Below are positions 1 to 9,509 of a DNA stretch of 64,000 bases, piece by piece (position 1 is the first letter of the stretch; each line of letters opens with the position of its first letter). Location of the stretch: assembly GCA_016125335.1 (NCBI GenBank), contig WGLY01000006.1, positions 1 to 64,000 on the forward strand, given 5' to 3'. The position numbers and the translations under genes were made by a program. Source of the stretch: Frankiales bacterium (GTDB lineage: Bacteria > Actinomycetota > Actinomycetes > S36-B12 > CAIYMF01). The notes under the pieces were generated by a model that was not told the origin of the DNA, did no database searches, and saw nothing but the letters and a program-made list of their open reading frames with translations.

Positions 1-1373
1 CCGACCTGATCCTGCTCGAGCAGGTCGACGTCGAGGCGATCACCGAGCCGGCCGAGCTGATCGACTACCTCTCCGTGGCGACCCGGCTCGAAGCCCGCCT
101 CGCGTCGCTGCGTCTGGCGGCCGAGGCCGCGTTCGCGAACACGGCGTGCCCGGACCCGAGGGTCAGCAGCTCGTACGCGGAGGCCGCGGCCGAGCAGGAG
201 GTCGCCTACGCCACCCGCAACAGCGCCTGCGGCGCGTCGAAGGAGATCGGCCGCGCACTCGCGCTCAAGGAGATCTTCCCCGCGTTCCGTGCCGCGCTGG
301 CCGCCGGCGAGATCACCGAGCGGCACTGCGCCGCGCTGGTCGATGCGACCCGGTACATGACCGACCCCGAGGTCCTCGCGACCATCGAGGCGGCGGCGTT
401 GCAGAAGGCGCGCACGCTGACCGCCTCGGAGCTGCGCAAGCACCTCGACAAGCTCATCGCGCGCCACGACCCCGACGCCACGGTCCGGGCCCACAAGGCC
501 GCCGCGACGCGGGACGTGTACCGGCAGCCGATCGGCGACGGGATGGCGTTCCTGGGTGTCACGCACCAGGCGCCGGTGATCGACGCCGTGTTCGACGCGA
601 TCGAGGCGGCGGGCAAGGCGTTGCGCGCTCAGCGAGGTGGTGCCGACGCTCTCCGGGCCGGGAACGAGGACGCCGCCTCGGGAGCCTGCCGCGCGGACGC
701 GCTCGCCGCCCTCGTGCTCGGGACCCGCGACGAGGAGGGCGCGGTGGTCTACGACGCCTCACGGACGCAGACCGAGGTGCACGTGGTGATGGACCTCGAC
801 ACCCTGCGCGGCGAGCGCGACGGACTCGCACTGCTCAACGGGACTCCTATCCCGGCGCAGATCGCCCGTGAGGTCGCCGGGGTGGCCGAGCACTGGCGAC
901 GCCTGGTCGTGGATCCGGTGGACGGGCACCTGCTCGACTACGGCACCCGCCAGTACCTCCCGGCCGCCCTGCGTGAGCACGTGCTGCACCGCGACCCGAT
1001 CTGCCGGCGACCCGGCTGCACCCGACGCGCTCAGGAGATGGACCACGCACTCCCGTTCCCCGAAGGGTCCAGCGACACGGCCAACTGCGGCGGCCTGTGC
1101 TCCCGCTGCCACCAGGTCAAGACCGCCGGCCACGCGACGATCGAGGACAGCGCCCCGGACGGATCCGGAACGTGGGTCACCCGATGGCGGCAACGCATCC
1201 GGATCCCGGCCCAGCCGGCCCTGGAACCACGACGACCCGACCCACCGCCCACGGTCGACGCGCCCGCCCCGCCCGGCGTCGTGGACGCACGACCCGGTAC
1301 CGACGGGGAGGAAGGCGGCGCGACCAGTTCCGCGCCGCGCACCACCGATCCGCCGGAGCGGCCGCCGTTCTGA
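1..1373 (+). CDS. HNH endonuclease, DUF222-type (5' end outside window)
   Basis: Reading frame is open from nt 3, upstream of the first ATG at 75. C-terminal HNH motif: HHRDPICRRPGCTRRAQEMDHALPF...CGGLCSRCHQVK. Pro-rich tail. Confidence 0.8.
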   Translation, partial: DLILLEQVDVEAITEPAELIDYLSVATRLEARLASLRLAAEAAFANTACPDPRVSSSYAEAAAEQEVAYATRNSACGASKEIGRALALKEIFPAFRAALAAGEITERHCAALVDATRYMTDPEVLATIEAAALQKARTLTASELRKHLDKLIARHDPDATVRAHKAAATRDVYRQPIGDGMAFLGVTHQAPVIDAVFDAIEAAGKALRAQRGGADALRAGNEDAASGACRADALAALVLGTRDEEGAVVYDASRTQTEVHVVMDLDTLRGERDGLALLNGTPIPAQIAREVAGVAEHWRRLVVDPVDGHLLDYGTRQYLPAALREHVLHRDPICRRPGCTRRAQEMDHALPFPEGSSDTANCGGLCSRCHQVKTAGHATIEDSAPDGSGTWVTRWRQRIRIPAQPALEPRRPDPPPTVDAPAPPGVVDARPGTDGEEGGATSSAPRTTDPPERPPF

Positions 1374-1457
1374 TCCGATCCGGTCCTCGCCATGCCCACG
1401 ACCGGGTCGGGGTGGCCGCGCGTCAGCGACGTGGCGGCGTCACGCGCGGCCGGCGAC

Positions 1458-1491
1458 TCACAGGGGCAGGTGCCTCACAGGGGCAGGTGCA
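1458..1491. repeat. 17-bp perfect tandem duplication (tcacaggggcaggtgc x2) spanning the ctaB stop codon
   Basis: Read directly: copy 1 at 1458-1474, copy 2 at 1475-1491. Copy 2 begins with the ctaB TGA on the minus strand. Confidence 0.9.
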
Positions 1492-2407
1492 GCACGACGT
1501 CGACCACCACGGCGAGCGAGAGCAGGCTCAGGTAGCTGATCGACAGGTGGAACAGGCGCATCGACCGGGGGTCCTCGCCGCGCACGACGCGGCGGCGCAG
1601 CAGGTGCACCTCGCGCAGGAACGCCGCGCCGAGCACGGCGGCCGACACGGTGTAGACCCAGCCCGCGCCGGACACCGGCACGAGCAGGAGCGAGCAGGCC
1701 ACCATCGCCCACGAGTGGGCGACCATGTGCACCGACACCCGGCGCGGCGAGGCGACGACGGGGAGCATCGGCACCCCGGCCGCGGCGTAGTCGTCGCGGA
1801 ACTTCATCGCCAGCGCCCAGAAGTGCGGCGGCGTCCAGAAGAACACCACGAGGAACAGCAGGACCGCGGACCACGACAGCGTGCCGGTGACGGCCGCGTA
1901 GCCGATGAGCACCGGCATGCAGCCGGCGGTGCCGCCCCACACGATGTTCTGCGACGTGCGCCGCTTGAGCCCGACGGTGTAGCCGAGCACGTAGAGCACG
2001 ATCGCCGCGAGGGTGAGCCAGGTGGCCAGCGGGTTGGTGGTCTCCCACAGCAGCGCGAGCGACACGGCCCCCAGCACGAGGCCGAACACCAGTGCCGCAC
2101 GCGGCGACACCGACGGCGTCTCGCCGCCCACCGCGAGCGGGCGCATGGAGGTGCGTCGCATCACGGCGTCGATGTCGCGGTCGAGGTAGCAGTTGAGCGC
2201 GTTGGCGCTGCCGGCCGCGAGCGTGCCGCCCACGAGCGTCTCGATCGTGAGCCGCAGCGACGGCAGGCCCTGCGCCGCGAGGAACATGGCGGGCAGGGTG
2301 GTGACGAGCAGCAGCTCGATGATGCGCGGCTTGGTGAGCGCCACGTACGCGCGCGCGGTGGCGACCGCCCCGGCGTGCTGGGGGACGGTCGCGAGGGTCG
2401 TGGCCAC
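1475..2407 (-). CDS. ctaB: Protoheme IX farnesyltransferase (heme O synthase), UbiA family
   Basis: 310 aa polytopic membrane protein. N-terminus (...[17 protein letters not shown]...) and D-rich loop ([12 protein letters not shown]) are typical of CtaB/CyoE. GTG start. Confidence 0.9.
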   Translation of the reverse strand: MATTLATVPQHAGAVATARAYVALTKPRIIELLLVTTLPAMFLAAQGLPSLRLTIETLVGGTLAAGSANALNCYLDRDIDAVMRRTSMRPLAVGGETPSVSPRAALVFGLVLGAVSLALLWETTNPLATWLTLAAIVLYVLGYTVGLKRRTSQNIVWGGTAGCMPVLIGYAAVTGTLSWSAVLLFLVVFFWTPPHFWALAMKFRDDYAAAGVPMLPVVASPRRVSVHMVAHSWAMVACSLLLVPVSGAGWVYTVSAAVLGAAFLREVHLLRRRVVRGEDPRSMRLFHLSISYLSLLSLAVVVDVVLHLPL

Positions 2408-2512
2408 GGTCAGGTTCCCCCCAGGTCCGCGGGCTCGCAGGTGACGCCGAACAGTAGGGCCGTCCGGGTGATCAGGTCACGGATTGCGACACAAATGAGA
2501 CCCGGCTGTACG

Positions 2513-3154
2513 TCAGCCCGCGCCGGACGCCGACGCCGACGAGCTCGCGGACGCCGAGGCGGCCCCGCTCGCACCCCCGGCGACCGACAGCACGAGGGAC
2601 TGGAACGTGGCCTCGTCGACCGGGCCGATCACGCGCGCGGCCACCGCACCCGTGGTGTCGAGCACCAGCGTGCTCGGGACGCCGGTGCTCGGCACGATGC
2701 GCAGGCTGGTGAGCAGCGTGCCGTCCGGGTCGAGGATGTGCGGGTACGTCGTCCCCGCGCTGGTGCTGAAGGCCTTCGCCGCCTCGGGGCGGTCCTGCTC
2801 GTCGATGCCCACGAAGCGCACCCCCGCGGAGCGCGTCGCGCCGGCGACCTTCGCCAGCAGCGGCGCCTCCTCCCGGCACGGGCCGCACCACGACGCCCAC
2901 ACGTTGAGCACCACGACATGACCGTGCAGCGACGACAGCGTGAGCGTGGACCCGTCGAGGGTGGGGCCGGTGAGGTCCGGGATGGTGGGGCGCTGGCCGG
3001 CGGCGTACTCGGTGACGCCGACGCCGAGCGCCGCCTGCCCCGTGGACGACCCGTCCGTCACACGGGTGCCGGCGTCGCCCGCGGAGGAGCAGGCCGCCAG
3101 CGCGAGCACGCACGCGGCGACCGCGGCCAGACGCGGAAGGACCCCCCTGTGCAC
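2513..3154 (-). CDS. TlpA/ResA-like thiol-disulfide oxidoreductase lipoprotein
   Basis: Lipobox LALAAC. Thioredoxin-fold CXXC motif (WASWCGPC). GTG start. Confidence 0.8.
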   Translation of the reverse strand: MHRGVLPRLAAVAACVLALAACSSAGDAGTRVTDGSSTGQAALGVGVTEYAAGQRPTIPDLTGPTLDGSTLTLSSLHGHVVVLNVWASWCGPCREEAPLLAKVAGATRSAGVRFVGIDEQDRPEAAKAFSTSAGTTYPHILDPDGTLLTSLRIVPSTGVPSTLVLDTTGAVAARVIGPVDEATFQSLVLSVAGGASGAASASASSSASASGAG

Positions 3155-3188
3155 CCGGGCAGCCTACGTCGCGACGTACTGTCGTCCG

Positions 3189-4040
3189 GTGCCCCTCCCC
3201 CCGCCCACCGCCGCCGCCCCGTCCGCCACGCCCGCACCTGCGGCGGCACGGCGACGACGGGCGGCCCGCCTCGGGCTCGCGGCGGCGGCGCTGGCCGCGC
3301 TGCTGGCCGGATGCGCCACCGGGGGCACCGCCGGCCCGGCCGACGTCGTCGTGCCGTCCTCGAGCGGCCCGAGCCTGCCCAACGGCACCGTGCTCGACCT
3401 CGCCGTGCCCGCAGCGACGGCGTCGATCCCCTTGGTGGACCAGGACGGCACGACCGTCACGCTCGGGGCCTACGCCGGCAAGACCGTGGTGCTCGCCGAC
3501 TTCCTCACCCAGTGCCAGGAGATCTGCCCGCTCACCAGCGCCGCCATGAGCCAGGTGTCGGGCGCGCTGGCCAAGGCGAACCGCTCCGACGTCGTGATCC
3601 TCGAGACCACGGTCGACCCGAATCGCGACGACGTCGCCCACCTCAAGGCCTACCAGAAGCTGTTCGGCGCCACCCCGCGCTGGAGCTTCCTCACCGGCAC
3701 CCAGAGCGACATCGAGGCGCTCTGGAAGCAGTTCGGGGTGTCGCTCGAGCCGGTGCCGATCACCGAGAAGCCCCTGCCCAAGGACTGGCTCACCGGAAAG
3801 CCGCTCACCTACGACGTCGACCACCAGGACGTCGTGATCGTCATCGGCCCCGACGGCCACGAGCGCTGGCTGGTCAACGGCACCCCGTCGATCGGCACCC
3901 CGAGCGACGTGCCCTCGACGCTGCAGGGCTTCCTGTCGCCGCAGGGCCTCCAGAACGAGAGCGCGGCGCCCGAGCCCAACTGGACGTCGTCGGACGTGCT
4001 GGCCGCCGTGTCCTACGTCAGCGGGACGCCGGTGTCCTGA
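3189..4040 (+). CDS. SCO1/SenC-family copper chaperone lipoprotein
   Basis: Signal/lipobox (RRRRAARLGLAAAALAALLAGC). CxxxC copper site (CQEICP) in a thioredoxin-like fold. Start taken as the first in-frame GTG upstream of the signal; exact start uncertain. Confidence 0.75.
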   Translation: MPLPPPTAAAPSATPAPAAARRRRAARLGLAAAALAALLAGCATGGTAGPADVVVPSSSGPSLPNGTVLDLAVPAATASIPLVDQDGTTVTLGAYAGKTVVLADFLTQCQEICPLTSAAMSQVSGALAKANRSDVVILETTVDPNRDDVAHLKAYQKLFGATPRWSFLTGTQSDIEALWKQFGVSLEPVPITEKPLPKDWLTGKPLTYDVDHQDVVIVIGPDGHERWLVNGTPSIGTPSDVPSTLQGFLSPQGLQNESAAPEPNWTSSDVLAAVSYVSGTPVS

Positions 4041-4055
4041 GGTCCGGGCCCGGGC

Positions 4056-4934
4056 TCAGCGGCCGAACGACTCGCGGATCATGCGCAGCCGGGCCACCGT
4101 CTCGTCGTCGAGGGGCCGCGCGTCGTCCGGGCGGGCCGGCTCCGGCTCGAACGGCGCAGGCGGGGCGAGGGTGCGCACGCTGCCGCCGCCGGCCATCTCG
4201 GCGAGCATCGGCTCGCGTCGGCCCATCTCCGCCGCCGCGGCCGAGACGCTCGCCGGGATCCCGGTGAGGCTGACGACGGCGGGCTCGGCCGGCTCCGGGC
4301 CGGCGGTCGGTGCCGGTGCCGGCGAAGCGACGGACGCGGTGGCGGCCGGGGCCAGCGGGCGCTCCGGCTCTGCCGCGGGGGCCGCAGGCACGGACGTCGG
4401 CACAGGTGCGGGCGGGGCAGCGGCGGCAGGGAGCGCGGCGGGCGGCGCGAGGGGGGCGGGAGACGCAGGCGCCGGAGCCGGGGCGAGCGGGGCGGGCGGG
4501 GCTGCGGCGGCCGGCGCGACCACGGGCGGGGCCGGCTCCACGTCGACCGCCTGCGGCACCGGGGCTGCCGATTCGGACTCGGTGCGGACGGCGAGCAGCT
4601 GGTCGGCGGCCAGGGCCAGCCGGCGCTCCTGCTCGGCGACGGTCGCGCGCAGCGAGGCCACCTCGGCGGCGAGCAGCTCGAGCGCGGGGTCGCGCTGCGG
4701 CGGCTGCGACCGCGCGGCGTGCAGCTCGTGGCGCAGGGCGACGAGCTCCTGGGTCAGCTGCTGCACGTGGCCGAGCAGACCCTCCACGAGGGTGGTCAGC
4801 CGCACCAGCTCGAGCCGGTCGCGGTAGGCGTCGGCCCGCAGGTCGACCACGTCGTGCTGGAGGGCGGCGTAGGCGGACTCCACCGCGCGCCGGCCCGTGG
4901 GCCGGGCATGGCGTGCCTGGGATCGCCGTGCCAT
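4056..4934 (-). CDS. Hypothetical coiled-coil protein with Pro/Ala-rich low-complexity linker
   Basis: ATG start (MARRSQARH...). Heptad-like segment (LELVRLTTLVEGLLGHVQQLTQELVALRHEL). Strong GC3 bias in this frame. The overlapping plus-strand ORFs look antisense-derived. Confidence 0.5.
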   Translation of the reverse strand: MARRSQARHARPTGRRAVESAYAALQHDVVDLRADAYRDRLELVRLTTLVEGLLGHVQQLTQELVALRHELHAARSQPPQRDPALELLAAEVASLRATVAEQERRLALAADQLLAVRTESESAAPVPQAVDVEPAPPVVAPAAAAPPAPLAPAPAPASPAPLAPPAALPAAAAPPAPVPTSVPAAPAAEPERPLAPAATASVASPAPAPTAGPEPAEPAVVSLTGIPASVSAAAAEMGRREPMLAEMAGGGSVRTLAPPAPFEPEPARPDDARPLDDETVARLRMIRESFGR

Positions 4935-4999
4935 GGGGTCGAGGGTACGTCGAGGCCGGGCGCCACGGGTGGATCGCGCCGCAGGGCGCGCCGCCGCGG

Positions 5000-5563
5000 T
5001 CAGTCGTCCGACCAGCCCCCGCCGCCGCCGCTGTGCTCGCCCGTGCTGCTCGGCGAGGGGCTCGACGACTCGTGGTCGTGGGTCTCCGTGGGGCTCGGCG
5101 ACGCGCTCCCCGAGCGGTGGTGGCCGTACCACGGGTAGCCCGACTCCGGCGCGTGGGTCGAGGTGCGGGGCCGCGTGCTCGACCCGCCGCCGCGCACGGC
5201 CTGGGGACGCAGCGCCTGCGTGGCCCGCGGCCCGACGACGCCGGCCGGACGGTTCCCGGAGCCCGCGGAGGACCCGTCGCCGGACGAGCCGCCCTGGGCG
5301 CCCGGCCCGGCCGGGCTCGGGGTGGGGCCGACCGCGAGGCCCGAGGCCTCGCCGGCCTCGGGGCCGGCGCCGTCGGCACCCGTCCCCGCAGGGTCGGCGG
5401 ACGACGGGCTGCCCGGCCGGTCGGCGGGCAGCACCTGCGCCGAGGACTGGGTGGAGAAGTAGGACGGGGGGGCGAGGAGCTCGGTGTTGATGCCGTAGGC
5501 GACCACCGACGCCCCGAGGACGCCGGCCACGGTGAGCAGCGTGACGCCGCTCACCCGCCTCAT
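5000..5563 (-). CDS. Small membrane-anchored or secreted Ser/Gly/Pro-rich protein
   Basis: ATG preceded by GAGGA. N-terminal hydrophobic segment (MRRVSGVTLLTVAGVLGASVVAYG) followed by a low-complexity S/G/P-rich tail. Confidence 0.55.
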   Translation of the reverse strand: MRRVSGVTLLTVAGVLGASVVAYGINTELLAPPSYFSTQSSAQVLPADRPGSPSSADPAGTGADGAGPEAGEASGLAVGPTPSPAGPGAQGGSSGDGSSAGSGNRPAGVVGPRATQALRPQAVRGGGSSTRPRTSTHAPESGYPWYGHHRSGSASPSPTETHDHESSSPSPSSTGEHSGGGGGWSDD

Positions 5564-5698
5564 GACAGTCCTCGCACGGTCCCACGGTAGGGGCGGCCGA
5601 CCCCGCAAGAACCGTCCGGACGTCCAAGGAACGTCGAAGATCGCGAACCGTGACCTCTCCTGGAGGTCCCGGCCCGACCGGCCGTACACAATGGCCCC

Positions 5699-6373
5699 GT
5701 GCGCATCCTGATGGTGGAGGACGACGCGGCCCTCGCCGCGTCCTCCCGCGACGGCCTCGAGGCCCTCGGCTTCGAGGTGGACCTGGTCACCACGGGCACC
5801 GCGGCCCTCGAGACCGTGGGCTCCGCCTCCGCCCCCGACGTCGTGCTGCTCGACCTCGGCCTGCCGGACATGGACGGCCAGGACGTGTGCCGGCGCATGC
5901 GGGCCACCTCGGAGGTCCCGATCATCGTGGTGAGCGCGCGCGGCCACGAGGCCGACCGCGTCATCGCGCTCGAGCTCGGCGCGGACGACTACCTCGTCAA
6001 GCCGTTCGGGCTGCGCGAGCTCGCCGCCCGCATCAAGGCCGTCATGCGGCGCACCCAGGCGGCACCGGCCACCGCGGCCGTCGGCGTCCAGGAGATCGGC
6101 CGGCTCACCGTCGACCGGCGCACCCAGCGGGTGCACGTGGACGGCGAGGAGGTCTCGCTCACCGCCAAGGAGTTCGACGTCCTCGCGTTCCTCGCCGACG
6201 ACCCCGGGGCCGTGCGCCGGCGCACGGAGATCCTCGAGCACGTGTGGGACGGGCACTGGTACGGCGCCACCAAGACCGTCGACGCCCACGTGGCGGCGAT
6301 CCGCAAGAAGCTCGGCGACCCCGCCTGGGTCGAGGCGGTCCGCGGGGTCGGCTTCCGTCTCGGCTCCCCGTGA
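5699..6373 (+). CDS. OmpR-family two-component response regulator
   Basis: Receiver domain (MVEDD...LLDLGLPDMDG...DDYLVKPF) plus winged-helix output (LTAKEFDVLAFL...GVGFRL). GTG start. Confidence 0.9.
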   Translation: MRILMVEDDAALAASSRDGLEALGFEVDLVTTGTAALETVGSASAPDVVLLDLGLPDMDGQDVCRRMRATSEVPIIVVSARGHEADRVIALELGADDYLVKPFGLRELAARIKAVMRRTQAAPATAAVGVQEIGRLTVDRRTQRVHVDGEEVSLTAKEFDVLAFLADDPGAVRRRTEILEHVWDGHWYGATKTVDAHVAAIRKKLGDPAWVEAVRGVGFRLGSP

Positions 6374-6398
6374 GCCCTGGCCCCGGGACGGTGCGCGC

Positions 6399-7871
6399 AT
6401 GAGGTGGCGGCTCGTGGCGGTGCTCGTCGTGTTCACCGCCCTGGTCCTCGGGATCCAGATGGTGCCGCTGGCGAACTACATCACCACGGTGGCGCAGTCG
6501 AAGTTCCTGAGCACCTACCAGAGCTCGGCGTTCGCGCTGGCGGGGTACGCGATCCCGTCGCTGCTCCCTCCCGGGAGCCCCGGCGCCCCAACACCGGCCG
6601 ACCAGACCAAGCTCCGCCAGGAGCTCCAGGACCGGGTGTCGGAGATGAGCGTGGCGACGTCCTCCGTCCTCGTGGTGGTGGACCAGGACGGGACGGTCGT
6701 CGCCCACACGGACCCCTCGCGCATCGGCGAGGACTTCGTGACCAACCGGCCCGAGATCGCCATGGCCCTGGCGGGCCAGGACCCGAAGTCGGGCGGCGAG
6801 AGGTCGTCGGAGACCCTCGGTCAGACGCTGTACTACTTCGCGGTCCCGGTGCGTTACGGCAGCACGGTGATCGGGGCGGTGCGGCTGTCCTACCCGGCCA
6901 GCCAGGTCGAGGACAGCATCAGCTCGACGGTGCACGGCATCGAGCTCGCGGCGCTCATCACGCTGGTCTGCGCCGGCCTCATCGCCCTGCTCGTCGCCTC
7001 CTACGCCACCGACCGCATCCGGCGGCTGCGCGACGCCGCGGAGCTCATCGCCGAGGGCGACCTCACCGCCCGGGCCGCGGTCGCGGGCGGCGGCGAGCTC
7101 GAGGAGCTGGCCACGTCGTTCAACACGATGGCCGAACGCGTGCAGGGCGTCGTCGACTCCCAGCGCGGGTTCGCCGGCGACGCCTCGCACCAGCTGCGCA
7201 CCCCGCTCACCGCGCTGCGCCTGCGGCTGGAGAGCGCCGCCGAGCAGATCCCCCCGGACGCCGCGGCCACCGTGCAGCTCGACGCCGCGCGCGACGAGAT
7301 CGACCGGCTCCAGCGACTCATCGACGGCCTGCTCGTGCTCGCGCGCGCGGACAACCGCGACCAGCAGACCGTGCCGGTCGACATCACGGCCGTGGCCGCG
7401 GACCGCGTCGAGGCCTGGCAGGCGCTGGCCGACGAGCGGTCCGTGCGCATCGAGCTCGACGCCCCCGGCATGGCGGTGGCGCAGGTCGTGCCCAGCGCGG
7501 CCGAGCAGATCATCGACAACTACGTCGACAACGCCCTCGGCGTCGTGCCGGAGGGCAGCCGCATCATCGTGTCGGTCCGCAGCGAGCCGGGCGGCGTGCT
7601 GATCTTCGTCGACGACGAGGGGCCGGGCCTGCCGCCCGAGGACCGCGAGCGCGCCTTCGACCGGTTCTGGCGCGGCACGCAGGACGGCCAGGGCAGCGGG
7701 CTGGGGCTGGCCGTGGTCGCCTCGCTCGCCCAGGCCGGCGGCGGCTCGGTGTGGCTCGCGGAGTCACCGCTCGGCGGCCTGCGCGCGGCGGCCCGGCTGC
7801 GCTCGGGGGCGCCGGTGGAGCGCAACGGCGTACGGCGCAGGGGCGAGGCGGTGCGCGGCCGGCACTTCTAG
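6399..7871 (+). CDS. Sensor histidine kinase (2 TM, HAMP, HisKA, HATPase_c)
   Basis: H-box (SHQLRTPLTALRLRL). ATP-lid G-boxes (DDEGPGL, GSGLGLAVV). N-terminal TM helix and periplasmic loop. Confidence 0.9.
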   Translation: MRWRLVAVLVVFTALVLGIQMVPLANYITTVAQSKFLSTYQSSAFALAGYAIPSLLPPGSPGAPTPADQTKLRQELQDRVSEMSVATSSVLVVVDQDGTVVAHTDPSRIGEDFVTNRPEIAMALAGQDPKSGGERSSETLGQTLYYFAVPVRYGSTVIGAVRLSYPASQVEDSISSTVHGIELAALITLVCAGLIALLVASYATDRIRRLRDAAELIAEGDLTARAAVAGGGELEELATSFNTMAERVQGVVDSQRGFAGDASHQLRTPLTALRLRLESAAEQIPPDAAATVQLDAARDEIDRLQRLIDGLLVLARADNRDQQTVPVDITAVAADRVEAWQALADERSVRIELDAPGMAVAQVVPSAAEQIIDNYVDNALGVVPEGSRIIVSVRSEPGGVLIFVDDEGPGLPPEDRERAFDRFWRGTQDGQGSGLGLAVVASLAQAGGGSVWLAESPLGGLRAAARLRSGAPVERNGVRRRGEAVRGRHF

Positions 7872-7876
7872 CCGGG

Positions 7877-8164
7877 TCAGCCCCCGTGCTCGCGGATGTA
7901 GGTGGCGAACCGGGCCCGGAACAGCGGCTCGAGGTCGCCCACCGACTCCCCGGCGAACACCTGGCGCGCGGCACGAACGGTCTCGACCAGGCTCCCGCTG
8001 ATGTCGCCGAGCGAGCCGCCCTCGTCCGAGGCGTCGAGCATCGCGGGCGTGTGGTTGAACAGGTCGACGAAGAACCCGACGTCGCGCCGCTGCTCGGCGA
8101 TCTCGAACGCGCGGTCGCGCAGCTCGTCGTAGGGCAGGTCCTCGAGCACCGTGTCGTCGCTCAT
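7877..8164 (-). CDS. Small acidic hypothetical protein (95 aa)
   Basis: Clean ORF downstream of the DUF3180 gene on the same strand, protein-like composition. No recognisable motif. Confidence 0.4.
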   Translation of the reverse strand: MSDDTVLEDLPYDELRDRAFEIAEQRRDVGFFVDLFNHTPAMLDASDEGGSLGDISGSLVETVRAARQVFAGESVGDLEPLFRARFATYIREHGG

Positions 8165-8173
8165 GCCCGCACC

Positions 8174-8638
8174 CTAGGGGGTCGGCTCGTCGGAGTCGTC
8201 GGGTGGCAGCCGGCACACCCGCTCGAGCCACAGCGCCGCCAGCACCACGAGCACGGCGGACGCCGCGGCGATGCCCGAGATGAGGATCCGCTCCCGCGCG
8301 TAGGCCACGCTCCACATCGGGATGAACGACACCCCGACCCCCACGTAGAAGCCGGCCACGACCGCCCCGGCGCGCGACGCGGCCATCGCGAGGGCCGCCG
8401 AGCGCGCCGCCACGATCGGCTCCATCGGCCGGGTGCCGGTCTTGTGGGCCAGCCGGTCGCGCGTGCCGCGCGCCCACAGCCCGATGGCCAGCGCGAGCAC
8501 CACGAGCACCGCCGGGGCGGTCCACGGCACCGCGAGCGAGGTCGAGCCCCACGCGTCGACGAGCCGTGCCACGGCCCAGCCCACGGCGGCCGACACGACG
8601 GCGACCGCCACGAGCAGTCGCAGCCGGGTGGGGGTCAC
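8174..8638 (-). CDS. DUF3180-family membrane protein (folate-operon associated)
   Basis: Four hydrophobic helices. GTG start overlaps the folK stop (GTGA). Conserved position after folK in Actinomycetota. Confidence 0.75.
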   Translation of the reverse strand: MTPTRLRLLVAVAVVSAAVGWAVARLVDAWGSTSLAVPWTAPAVLVVLALAIGLWARGTRDRLAHKTGTRPMEPIVAARSAALAMAASRAGAVVAGFYVGVGVSFIPMWSVAYARERILISGIAAASAVLVVLAALWLERVCRLPPDDSDEPTP

Positions 8639-9138
8639 GGGCTCACCTCCAGGTGCACGTCGTCGCGGCGGCGGACGCCGTCCGGCCCGGGGTCCAGCGC
8701 GGCGGCGAGCGCCGCCACCGAGCGGCCGTCGGGCAGCACCGCGCCGGGATCGGCCTCGGCCCACGGCACGAGCACGAAGGCGCGCTCGTGCGCCCGCGGG
8801 TGCGGCAGGGTCAGCCCGGGGTTCTCGCTCACGACGTCGCCCACCGCGAGGACGTCGACGTCGAGGGTGCGCGGCCCCCACCGCACCTCACGGGTGCGGT
8901 GGGCCGCCCGCTCCGCCTCCTGCGCCCACGCGAGCACCTCGCGGGGCTCGGCGTCGCTGTCGCCCACGAGCACGGCGTTGGCGTAGTCGGGCTGGGCCGG
9001 GCCGCCCACCGGCGCGGTCTCGTAGACCGAGGACACCACCGCGCCGGCCAGCCGCGGGGCGAGGAGGTCCACCGCGCGCTGCAGCGCCGCCACCCGGTCG
9101 CCGAGGTTGGCGCCGAGACCGAGGGCCACCCGCCTCAC
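8635..9138 (-). CDS. folK: 2-amino-4-hydroxy-6-hydroxymethyldihydropteridine pyrophosphokinase (HPPK)
   Basis: Motifs VALGLGANLGDR, SSVYETAPVGGPAQPDYANAV, RWGPRTLDVDVL, HPRAHERAFVLVPW. GTG overlaps the folB stop (GTGA). Confidence 0.9.
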   Translation of the reverse strand: MRRVALGLGANLGDRVAALQRAVDLLAPRLAGAVVSSVYETAPVGGPAQPDYANAVLVGDSDAEPREVLAWAQEAERAAHRTREVRWGPRTLDVDVLAVGDVVSENPGLTLPHPRAHERAFVLVPWAEADPGAVLPDGRSVAALAAALDPGPDGVRRRDDVHLEVSP

Positions 9139-9509
9139 CGCGACCGCACGATCGTGACGGCGACGTCGTGGAACGGGACCCCGACGGGCGCCTCGGGCTT
9201 GTGCAGCACGACCTCGACCGCCTCCACCCCCGCGAACGACAGGCACACGTCGGCCACGCGCTGCGCGACGGTCTCCACCAGGTCGCACGGCGGACCCTCC
9301 ACGACCTCGAGCACCCGCGCCGCGACCGCGGAGTAGTCCACGGTGTCGGCGAGGTCGTCGGAGGCCGCCGCGGGACGCGTGTCGACGCCGAGCACGACGT
9401 CGACCACGAAGGTCTGGCCGTCGCGGCGCTCGGACTCGAGCACGCCGTGGTGGCCGGTGCCGCGGATGCCGTGCACCGCCACGCGGTCGAGCCCGTCGGG
9501 GAACCTCAC
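9135..9509 (-). CDS. folB: Dihydroneopterin aldolase
   Basis: DRVAVHGIRGTGHHGV...DDLADTVDYS...VEVVLHKPEAP matches the FolB fold. Start chosen at the GTG aligning with the N-terminus of characterised FolB; an upstream start near 9566 is possible. Confidence 0.85.
   Translation of the reverse strand: MRFPDGLDRVAVHGIRGTGHHGVLESERRDGQTFVVDVVLGVDTRPAAASDDLADTVDYSAVAARVLEVVEGPPCDLVETVAQRVADVCLSFAGVEAVEVVLHKPEAPVGVPFHDVAVTIVRSR

Noticed and set aside
1097-4267. 1056-aa plus-strand ORF rich in Arg/Gly/His spanning ctaB, tlpA and SCO1
   Set aside because: Antisense or frame-shifted relative to three well-supported genes. Composition is typical of a high-GC non-coding frame. No domain motifs.
4081-4827. 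Plus-strand 248-aa and 426-aa ORFs over the coiled-coil gene region
   Set aside because: Ser/Ala/Gly/Arg low-complexity translations mirror the Pro/Ala-rich minus-strand gene. The minus frame shows near-complete G/C at third codon positions and a natural C-terminus.
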